Of a stretch of DNA of 22,842 nucleotides, positions 16,481 to 22,842 are shown in pieces (position 1 is the stretch's first letter; the number at the start of each line of letters is the position of its first letter). The position numbers and the translations under genes were made by a program. This DNA comes from an uncultured archaeon (GTDB taxonomy: Archaea; Aenigmatarchaeota; Aenigmatarchaeia; GW2011-AR5): positions 1 through 22,842 of the forward strand of contig CAYJVT010000012.1 in assembly GCA_964373695.1 (NCBI GenBank), in the 5' to 3' direction. The notes under the pieces are model-generated. The model made no database searches and was not told the origin of the DNA. It saw nothing but the letters and a program-made list of their open reading frames with translations.

Positions 16481-16900
16481 CTTAACAGCATACAGATATG
16501 GATGGCGGCATGCAAAATATTTTGCATTCCGGTATTGGCGGGTTAAGTTTGGCGTCTTAAAATATGCAGCTAGTCTGCAGTATGTTCTACGGAAACTTAC
16601 TCCCATTCATGTTGATCCAAGATCAATCCTGAGGTAAGCGTTTGTCCTGGAGAAAGCGGCATCGCCGCCCCGTGACAGGACTCATCCAACCTCCAGGAAA
16701 ACAATGAAGATGTAATACTCATATTACATCAGATGAAAGCGCGAGTAGGTAAAACTCTATCAGTGGTAGGGACGAACAATTAATGTGCAAACCCAAAAAT
16801 TCCGGTTGATCCCGCCGGAGACTACTGTTATCAGGATTCGATTAAGCCATGCGAGGTGACTGCCGCAAGGCAGACCGCACTGCTCAGTAACACGTAGTTA

Positions 16901-16930
16901 ACATTTTCTCTTTTTGAGAATTTGGCTAAA
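16901..16930 (+). other. 16S BHB intron, 30 nt (~E. coli 130)
   Basis: Central helix TAGT/GCTA, bulges TA^A and AA^A; restores GTTA|ACCTGCCC. Confidence 0.8.
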
Positions 16931-17067
16931 ACCTGCCCTTAGGAGGAGGATAATCCCGGGAAACTGGGCGTAATACTCCATAGGCGATAATTGCTGGAAG
17001 GCATCTTCGCTGAAAGCTTTTGCACCTAAGGATGGGACTGCGGCGGATTAGCTTGTTGTTGAGGTAA

Positions 17068-17096
17068 AGACTGAAGCGAAAGCTTCTTTCGCCGAT
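17068..17096 (+). other. 16S BHB intron, 29 nt (~E. coli 263)
   Basis: Central helix AGGT/GCCG (3 of 4 pairs); inner hairpin GAAGC-GAAA-GCTTC; restores GAGGTAA|TTGCTCAAC. Confidence 0.65.
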
Positions 17097-17159
17097 TTGC
17101 TCAACAAGGCTATAATCCGTACGGGTCGTGAGAGCGATAGCCCGGAGATGCACTCTGAG

Positions 17160-17300
17160 ATTCGCAGAGCAGTCATAACCAGCATACAAATGGTGTTGAG
17201 GCACCGATGATACAGCTCTGAACTTCCTGGAGAACTCTGTTCTCCGGGATCTTGAAGAAACCGTAGATTTCTTCAAAGATTTCTGTTCTGCGAACAGAAA
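17160..17300 (+). other. 16S BHB intron, 141 nt, non-coding (~E. coli 326)
   Basis: Central helix TCTG/CAGA; 12-bp intron stem TTCGCAGAGCAG/CTGTTCTGCGAA; restores CTGAG|ACA. Confidence 0.9.
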
Positions 17301-17441
17301 ACATGAGTGCAGGCCCTACGGGGCGCAGCAGGCGCGAAAACTTTGCAATGGGCGAAAGCCTGACAAGGGAATCCTGAGTGACATCGCATCGCGATGTCTT
17401 TTTTCGACTCTAAAGAGGTCGAAGAATAAGTGGTGGGCAAG

Positions 17442-17482
17442 GATATCTTTGAGGTAATTTAAATCCTTCAAGATGTTGCCAT
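17442..17482 (+). other. 16S BHB intron, 41 nt (~E. coli 510)
   Basis: Central helix GGCA/TGCC, bulges AG^G and AT^A. Confidence 0.88.
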
Positions 17483-17495
17483 ACGGTTGCCAGCC

Positions 17496-17526
17496 TTTTT
17501 AGACGCTGCGGTGTCTAAAACTGGAA
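17496..17526 (+). other. 16S BHB intron, 31 nt (~E. coli 523)
   Basis: Central helix CCAG/CTGG; 10-bp stem TTTTAGACGC/GTGTCTAAAA; restores CCAGCC|GCCGCGG. Confidence 0.92.
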
Positions 17527-17730
17527 GCCGCGGTAATAACCGCGCCACGAATGGTAGTCACGTTTATTTGGCCTAAAGCGTCCGTAGCTGGCTTGATAAG
17601 TCTCTGGTGAAACCCGGCAGCAAACTGTCGGAACGGCTGGAGATACTGTCAGGCTTGGGACCGGGAGAGGTCAGAGGTACTTCATGGGTAGGGGTAAAAT
17701 CCTTTAATCCGTGGGGGACCACCTGTGGCG

Positions 17731-17773
17731 GAAGCTTTTCAGAAAACCTTTCAAAATGGAAAGTTTTCCACAT
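17731..17773 (+). other. 16S BHB intron, 43 nt (~E. coli 727)
   Basis: Central helix GTGG/CCAC; restores GTGGCG|AAGGCG. Confidence 0.88.
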
Positions 17774-17827
17774 AAGGCGTTTGACTGGAACGGGTCCGAC
17801 AGTGAGGGACGAAAGCGTAGGGAGCGA

Positions 17828-18662
17828 TCGGGAAGAAGACTAAACTTTAAATGTGATAGAGTCTAAGAGGTAATATGAGGATTAGACAACTTGTCTTACT
17901 ATCAGCCTATTTGCTTACAGATGGGGGAATATCAGCAAGAAACGACAGAGATTGGACGATTTATTTCAGAAACAAAGATGAAGAAATAATAAAATCGTTT
18001 CAAGAACAATTGTTTGCTTGCTGTGGCAAGAATGGTTATATAACTAAAAGAAATGATGGAACAGATTTCGTAAGATTACATTCAAAAAAACTTGCGGAAG
18101 AAATGTTTCAACTTTCTCAATCTTATAGAACAAAGGCTTGCAACACATTTCCCGTATGTAGGCATCTGAACGGCAAAATGTCATCTTGTAAATTATTTGG
18201 TACTCTCATGATAGATGGCATTGAATACCCAAAAGCAAAAATACCTGATGATGTATTTGAATCGAAAAAACTTGCAAAAGAATTCCTTAAGATATATGCA
18301 AGCTGTGATGGTGGTATTTCGGTTGTGCCTGCTAAAAACAAAAAAAATTCTTTGTTTTTAGTCAGAAAGGTTTTGTTTTCAGTAAAGCATCCAATACTGA
18401 ATCAGCAGATTACGGATTTGCTAAAAAGCTTAGGATATTTGCCATCACAATACAAAGACCAAATAAGATTAGTTAAGAAGAAAGATATAGCTAAATTCAG
18501 CAAAGAAATAGGTTTTATAGAAGGCGCAAAAATTTCAAATGATTCGAAATTCCTTTCTAATCTTGAAAAAAATCTTATACTTAGTAAAGTTGTCGAATCT
18601 TATGATAATCCTAAAACCCTCTTAGACTTTTTACATAAAACAAGGTCTTCTTCCCGGCTCAT
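17828..18662 (+). mobile_element. 16S BHB intron, 835 nt (~E. coli 781), homing-endonuclease encoding
   Basis: Central helix GAGC/GCTC; 12-bp stem CGGGAAGAAGAC/GTCTTCTTCCCG. Confidence 0.92.
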
Positions 18663-18672
18663 TCGGGATTAG
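17875..18672 (+). CDS. Intron-encoded double-motif LAGLIDADG endonuclease
   Basis: LLSAYLLTDGG and FLKIYASCDGG; stop codon is in the downstream exon. Confidence 0.88.
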   Translation: MRIRQLVLLSAYLLTDGGISARNDRDWTIYFRNKDEEIIKSFQEQLFACCGKNGYITKRNDGTDFVRLHSKKLAEEMFQLSQSYRTKACNTFPVCRHLNGKMSSCKLFGTLMIDGIEYPKAKIPDDVFESKKLAKEFLKIYASCDGGISVVPAKNKKNSLFLVRKVLFSVKHPILNQQITDLLKSLGYLPSQYKDQIRLVKKKDIAKFSKEIGFIEGAKISNDSKFLSNLEKNLILSKVVESYDNPKTLLDFLHKTRSSSRLIRD

Positions 18673-18674
18673 AT

Positions 18675-18710
18675 ATATTCGGTATCTAATCAAATTACCG
18701 GGTACTAAAA
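18675..18710 (+). other. 16S BHB intron, 36 nt (~E. coli 793)
   Basis: Central helix TTAG/CTAA; 9-bp stem TATTCGGTA/TACCGGGTA; restores TTAGAT|ACCCCGG. Confidence 0.88.
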
Positions 18711-18811
18711 ACCCCGGTAGTCTACGCTGTAAACGATGCCCACTTGGTGTCGCCGAACCTTCGGGGTTCTGCGGTGCCGTAGCGAAGGTGTTAAGTGGGC
18801 CGCCTGGGGAG

Positions 18812-18877
18812 AAAAAGGTTGTAGTTTTAAATAAGTATACAAACAAGAATAGTTAAGGTCTGCAATCTTTTCCCAAA
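18812..18877 (+). other. 16S BHB intron, 66 nt (~E. coli 890)
   Basis: 12-bp stem AAAAGGTTGTAG/CTGCAATCTTTT; central helix GGGG/CCCA; restores GGGGAG|TACG. Confidence 0.85.
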
Positions 18878-18895
18878 TACGACCGCAAGGTTGAA

Positions 18896-19724
18896 CTATA
18901 GGTGGCTCATATGGATGAATCGGAATTGAAGGAACTCACACTAAGATTTCAAGAATCGATTAGGCAAAGCAATGCAGAAGAATTTATAAAACAAAACCCA
19001 AAATCTATTCTTGCACTGAGATTATCTTTGGGATTAAGCCAAAAAGATTTTATAAGAAAAGTAAAAAATAAAATTTCTCAGGTAGCTCTTATAAAACACG
19101 AGAAAGGAAGGAGCTCTAGAATAAATTCAGTATTGCTCAAAGAAGTTGTCAAACTAGTACCGAACTTCATTGACATAAATTTGGTGATTGAAAACCATAA
19201 AAAATTTGATTCGATGAAAAAAGGAATTCATATGACGACCGAAAGAGCAAGAAAATTAAACGAATTATGGCAGAAAAAAACCAAAAGGTCTCAACGACAA
19301 GATTGGGGAAAAAAAGGCGCACTCAAAACAAATTCAAGCCAGAGATTGACAGAACAGGAAAAAAAGGTCAAAGAAATTCTGGATAGGATGAATCTTGAAT
19401 ATAAAATACACCATCAAATAAAAACAAAAAGTGTCGATATGAACATAGATTTTGTTTTGTTCAATAAAAATAAGCCTATATGTTTTATAGAAGTAAGTGA
19501 GCGTAAGCATGATTTGCAGATTTTATGTCAGGCTTATGCTTACAGATGCAGGATTTTAAAGGAAAATTATCCCTGGTCTAGGGCAGGAATAGTAATTAAT
19601 GATGTGCCTTTTTCAGCGAAAAAAATAATAGAAAAGGAATTTGATTTTATGCTTAATACCAATTCAATTCATAATCTTAGTGAGTTCCTTCAATTCTGAA
19701 ACACATGAGTCAACTATGCAACAT
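18896..19724 (+). mobile_element. 16S BHB intron, 829 nt (~E. coli 908), encoding an HTH + PD-(D/E)xK-like protein
   Basis: Central helix GTTG/CAAC; intron stem TATAGGTGGCTCAT/ATGAGTCAACTATG (13 of 14 pairs). Confidence 0.88.
18911..19699 (+). CDS. XRE-type HTH + PD-(D/E)xK-like nuclease (putative non-LAGLIDADG homing endonuclease)
   Basis: LRLSLGLSQKDF..ISQVALIKHEKG HTH; TEQEKKVKEIL..NIDFVL..CFIEVSE nuclease-like motif; paralogous to 20527-21240. Confidence 0.72.
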   Translation: MDESELKELTLRFQESIRQSNAEEFIKQNPKSILALRLSLGLSQKDFIRKVKNKISQVALIKHEKGRSSRINSVLLKEVVKLVPNFIDINLVIENHKKFDSMKKGIHMTTERARKLNELWQKKTKRSQRQDWGKKGALKTNSSQRLTEQEKKVKEILDRMNLEYKIHHQIKTKSVDMNIDFVLFNKNKPICFIEVSERKHDLQILCQAYAYRCRILKENYPWSRAGIVINDVPFSAKKIIEKEFDFMLNTNSIHNLSEFLQF

Positions 19725-19768
19725 ACTTGAAAATCAACGGAATTGATTAGCTGGTTTTCAATCAGCTA
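19725..19768 (+). other. Second 44-nt BHB intron at the same ~908 site, in tandem with the 829-nt intron
   Basis: Central helix GTTG/CAGC forms after removal of the large intron; stem TTGAAAATC/GGTTTTCAA. Confidence 0.6.
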
Positions 19769-19779
19769 ACTTAAGAGAA

Positions 19780-20425
19780 AGAAGATAACCCGATAGCACA
19801 CTTAAATAGAGTTTTCGGCAATCAATTATACATGAAATTGCATATCTGCTCGGAGCATTGAGAGATTCGACTATAGATGCACGAAAAGGAAAAAACTATG
19901 AAATCAAAATAGCCCAGAAAGAGGCTAGATGGCTTTTCGTCATCCAAAGGATATTTCTCAAGCATTTTGGCGTAGAAGGCAAAATAACACAACATTCCGA
20001 AGGTGCCAGGATATTGAGAATTGGCGGAAAAGATATCGTGAATAAAATAATCGGAATCTCCCAAATGAAAATCCCTCAAGAAAATTGGAATACCCCCGAT
20101 GTAATAAAAAATCAGAGTAATTCGGTACAACTTGAGTACGTGAAAGGGTTTTTCGATGCTGAAGGCGGTCTTCCAAAAGATCCCGAAAATGCATCGCAAA
20201 AATACATATGCTTCGGTCAGAAAAACAAGGAATCTTTAGAATTTGTCAGAAACATCTTGATAAAAAACGGATTTAATCCGACAAACTTGACAAGATGTGG
20301 CGGAGTCTGGGAATTCCGAGTTACTAGGAAAGCAGAAATGGTAAAATTTGCTTCTAAGATAGGAAGCCTTCATGCAGACAAACAGCGAAAACTCAAAATT
20401 CTACAGCGGGTTTATTTTCCTCAAA
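19780..20425 (+). mobile_element. 16S BHB intron, 646 nt (~E. coli 919), LAGLIDADG encoding
   Basis: Stem GAAGATAACCCG/CGGGTTTATTTTC; central helix AGAG/CTCA; exon resumes at TTGGCGGGGGAGCAC; the 5' boundary is less certain. Confidence 0.7.
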
Positions 20426-20520
20426 TTGGCGGGGGAGCACTACCAGGGGTGGAAAGAATGCAAGTCGCCAAAGACTTATTTTCGAGCGAACAAATCTATA
20501 AATACTACAACCGACTATAA
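19810..20520 (+). CDS. Intron-encoded double-motif LAGLIDADG endonuclease; no in-frame ATG before motif 1; frame runs through the next exon
   Basis: IAYLLGALRDS and YVKGFFDAEG motifs; frame open from 19810. Confidence 0.75.
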   Translation, partial: SFRQSIIHEIAYLLGALRDSTIDARKGKNYEIKIAQKEARWLFVIQRIFLKHFGVEGKITQHSEGARILRIGGKDIVNKIIGISQMKIPQENWNTPDVIKNQSNSVQLEYVKGFFDAEGGLPKDPENASQKYICFGQKNKESLEFVRNILIKNGFNPTNLTRCGGVWEFRVTRKAEMVKFASKIGSLHADKQRKLKILQRVYFPQIGGGALPGVERMQVAKDLFSSEQIYKYYNRL

Positions 20521-21257
20521 GCGAATATGCCAAAAACAAAATTTAGCGACGATGAATTCCAGAAACTTTATAGAGAAGTCCAACATAAAACAAAAAATTT
20601 CTCTATAATAGAACCTGAATTAATATGGGAAAATCCCAATTACATGAAAGTTTTCAGAATGATATGCGGCAGAAGCCTTGCAGAAATGGGAAATATTTTG
20701 AACAAAACACATGCAACTATTGCCCAGTATGAGCGTGGTGCAATAAAAAACATACCCATAAAAGAAGCAGAAAAAATTTCTCATATAATAAGCGATGAAT
20801 TGCCGCAAAACAAATCACTAGAAAATGCAATAAGAAATATGCATAAATTCAGGGAACTTTCAAATGGGGGATATGTTCAGGCGTTCAAAAGAGCGGAAAA
20901 GGCAGAACTGACAAATCAAGAAAAAAAGATAAAGGAAATTCTCGAAAAGAAAAAAATAGATTTTGAGCCGCACAAAACACTGGATACATCAATAGGAAAA
21001 TTAAATTTTGATTTTTGGCTGCCTGATAACAAAATTATGATAGAATGCACTGAATCTGTATCCAAACATAAAGCAGAATCTCTAGGATTCCGTGCATTGA
21101 AGCTCAAAGATAAAATTAAATGTAAAGCAATAGCCGTTATACCATCCAATGTTTCGGATGGAATCATGAGAAGACTGTGCGATTATGATTACGTTGTTTT
21201 TTCAACGGATTTGTCAAAGCTCGAGAATATTGTCAAGTAGGGCTTCGTTCTCACCAA
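20454..21257 (+). mobile_element. 16S BHB intron, 804 nt (~E. coli 946), encoding an HTH + PD-(D/E)xK-like protein
   Basis: Central helix GGTG/CACC; stem AGAATG/CGTTCT; restores GGTGGA|GGCTGCGG. Confidence 0.9.
20527..21240 (+). CDS. XRE-type HTH + PD-(D/E)xK-like nuclease (putative non-LAGLIDADG homing endonuclease)
   Basis: FRMICGRSLAEMGNILNKTHATIAQYERG HTH; TNQEKKIKEIL..NFDFWL..IMIECTE. Confidence 0.75.
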   Translation: MPKTKFSDDEFQKLYREVQHKTKNFSIIEPELIWENPNYMKVFRMICGRSLAEMGNILNKTHATIAQYERGAIKNIPIKEAEKISHIISDELPQNKSLENAIRNMHKFRELSNGGYVQAFKRAEKAELTNQEKKIKEILEKKKIDFEPHKTLDTSIGKLNFDFWLPDNKIMIECTESVSKHKAESLGFRALKLKDKIKCKAIAVIPSNVSDGIMRRLCDYDYVVFSTDLSKLENIVK

Positions 21258-21301
21258 GGCTGCGGTTCAATTGGATTCAACGCCAGGAACCTTACCTGGG
21301 A

Positions 21302-21925
21302 AATTTAGAAGTTCGAAGTCAAGGAAGGTAAGGTTTAATATTCTGGAAGAACCATGTTCTACCATGCGAGCAAAAATAAACATCAAGAATCTATCAGAAA
21401 TAGAAAAAGGCTATTTGTGCGGATTCTACGTAGGAGATGGAAACATATTCATATATCCCAAACAATGGATATACAGAGTTCGTTTCCATACATTTGTAAA
21501 TGAAACACAAATACAACAAAAGCTTATTTTGATTCTTGGCAAAATTTGCAATAACACAAAAAGCTATAAAGCAAAAAACAACACTATTGTTATAGAAACG
21601 CATGCAAAAGACCTCATAAAATTTTTTGATGATATAGTAACAAAGAGCGGAATAAAAACGACAAATAAAACATCACGAAATTTTAATTTGGGTTTCATTG
21701 AGGGTATGGTAGACAGCGACGGATATGTCCAGAGAAATTATGCAGAAATAACAACAATGAATCCAAAACTAAAAAACAATCTGGTATCATTGTTGAAAAT
21801 GCTAAAAATTGAGCATAATTTAAGAACATTCAAATCGCATCTAAGTAAAAACACCGGTTATAGGATTGGTTTTTCACTGAATTGTAAACTTTTCTATCCC
21901 ATTAAATGGATTTCTAAATCCAGAC
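21302..21925 (+). mobile_element. 16S BHB intron, 624 nt (~E. coli 990), LAGLIDADG encoding
   Basis: Central helix CTGG/CCAG; 9-bp stem ATTTAGAAG/TTTCTAAAT; restores CTTACCTGGGA|AGACAGC. Confidence 0.92.
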
Positions 21926-21939
21926 AGACAGCAGAATGA
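21364..21939 (+). CDS. Intron-encoded double-motif LAGLIDADG endonuclease
   Basis: YLCGFYVGDG and FIEGMVDSDG motifs; stop codon is in the exon. Confidence 0.9.
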   Translation: MRAKINIKNLSEIEKGYLCGFYVGDGNIFIYPKQWIYRVRFHTFVNETQIQQKLILILGKICNNTKSYKAKNNTIVIETHAKDLIKFFDDIVTKSGIKTTNKTSRNFNLGFIEGMVDSDGYVQRNYAEITTMNPKLKNNLVSLLKMLKIEHNLRTFKSHLSKNTGYRIGFSLNCKLFYPIKWISKSRQTAE

Positions 21940-22140
21940 GGGTCACTCTGAAGGGGTTACCTGACAAGCTGAGAAGTGCTGCATGGCCGTCGTCAGTTCG
22001 TGCTGTGAAGTGTCCTGCTAAGCCAGGAAACGAACGAGACCTGCGCCTCTAGTTGCTAATCCTGTCTCCGGACAGGATGCACTCTAGCGGGACCGCTGCT
22101 GCTAAAGCAGAGGAAGGAGCAGGCTACGGCAGGTCAGTAT

Positions 22141-22769
22141 ACTTTGAAAGAAGAAGCACTTCTCCACTTTTCACTTTTCAGGTGCTCTTGGCAATATCAT
22201 ATAAGACATCAATATAGAATTTTGATATGAATCCATATTTGGCAGGTATTATCGTAGGAGATGGACATATAGAGAAAAACGGAAGAGTAGTTATTGCAAG
22301 CAGCAATAAAAACTTTATAGAAACTATAAACGACCTCATAAAATTTAAAACGTCTGTTTTCTATGACAAATCTGCAAATGTATGGAAAGTATCGTCCAAT
22401 TCAAAAGAATTCTTGGAAAAAATGGAAAATATTGATGTCAAGCGCGGAAACAAAACGACGGCAAATATGAATATAAAACTCAATAAAAATGAAATGCTCT
22501 TGTTTGTTTCCGGGTTATATGATGCCGAAGGGCACTTTGAAATCAATGAAAGATACTACAAAATTAGGATAAAAATGAAGAATGAATCAATAATGGAATT
22601 GGTGTATAATTTCCTTATTGACAACGGATACGAACCTAGAATTTGTAGAAAAGACGGGTGCATTGTTGTTGATATAAACAAACAGCAAAATGTGACAAAA
22701 TTCGTTTCGAATTTCATGTTAATGCATCCAAAGTGGAGAAGGCTTGAAAACCTTCTTTCAGGGGCTGAG
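22141..22769 (+). mobile_element. 16S BHB intron, 629 nt (~E. coli 1205), LAGLIDADG encoding
   Basis: Central helix CAGT/GCTG; 12-bp stem CTTTGAAAGAAG/CTTCTTTCAGGG; restores CAGTAT|GGCCTAAAT. Confidence 0.92.
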
Positions 22770-22838
22770 GGCCTAAATTTCCAGGGCTACACGCGGCCTA
22801 CAATGCGTAGGACAATGGGATGCAACACCGTAAGGTGA
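22227..22838 (+). CDS. Intron-encoded double-motif LAGLIDADG endonuclease; frame reads on into the exon
   Basis: YLAGIIVGDG and FVSGLYDAEG motifs. Confidence 0.9.
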   Translation: MNPYLAGIIVGDGHIEKNGRVVIASSNKNFIETINDLIKFKTSVFYDKSANVWKVSSNSKEFLEKMENIDVKRGNKTTANMNIKLNKNEMLLFVSGLYDAEGHFEINERYYKIRIKMKNESIMELVYNFLIDNGYEPRICRKDGCIVVDINKQQNVTKFVSNFMLMHPKWRRLENLLSGAEGLNFQGYTRPTMRRTMGCNTVR

Positions 22839-22842
22839 AGCC

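Larger units (their letters stand above)
16799..22842 (+). rRNA. rrs: Archaeal 16S rRNA gene (5' ~1216 nt of exon, truncated by the window) interrupted by 15 introns
   Basis: ATTCCGGTTGATCC start; exon blocks CCTACGGGGCGCAGCAG, GCCGCGGTAA, GATTAGAT|ACCC, TTGGCGGGGGAGCAC, GCATGGCCGTCGTCAG, GGGCTACACGCG in the correct order. Confidence 0.98.

Noticed and set aside
16926-17843. ORFs 16926-17276, 17573-17773 and 17607-17843
   Set aside because: Lie within 16S rRNA exons and mini-introns
18673-18710. Two mini-introns around a 2-nt AT micro-exon
   Set aside because: A single 36-nt intron (18675-18710) gives a perfect core and a 9-bp stem and is simpler
19732-19738. A 7-nt insertion making ACTTGAA-GGAATTG the real exon
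   Set aside because: Too short for a BHB intron, and no matching stem to the 20425 boundary; kept only as an alternative to test
17828-22769. Group I or group II intron identity for the large rRNA inserts
   Set aside because: No P/Q/R/S core or domain V seen; nearly all the length is ORF and the ends form BHB motifs
1-22842. CRISPR array
   Set aside because: No regularly spaced direct repeats with unique spacers found

Overview
Archaeal window, probably DPANN. The lineage is inferred from the archaeal 16S and tRNAs and the gene content; Aenigmarchaeota is a guess. The left ~16.5 kb holds an IscB-type omegaRNA/IS200-IS605 end, a vapBC pair, a metallophosphoesterase and a pilin/surface-protein cluster. 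It also holds a four-subunit pyruvate:ferredoxin oxidoreductase-like operon lacking its catalytic motifs, two Nudix genes, a wHTH-MNT/HEPN pair, cutA, a pyrE-pyrF fusion, an APC permease and acyP. All four tRNA genes (Ser-GCT, Val-TAC, Glu-TTC, Leu-GAG) carry introns at non-canonical sites. tRNA-Leu has a 718-nt intron encoding a LAGLIDADG endonuclease. The right ~6 kb is one 16S rRNA gene, truncated by the window at about E. coli position 1275. It is split by 15 bulge-helix-bulge (BHB) introns totalling ~4.8 kb. Four encode LAGLIDADG proteins, two encode an XRE-HTH + PD-(D/E)xK-like protein, and nine are short and non-coding. All splice sites, pairings and E. coli-equivalent positions were derived by hand against remembered consensus sequences and need computational confirmation.
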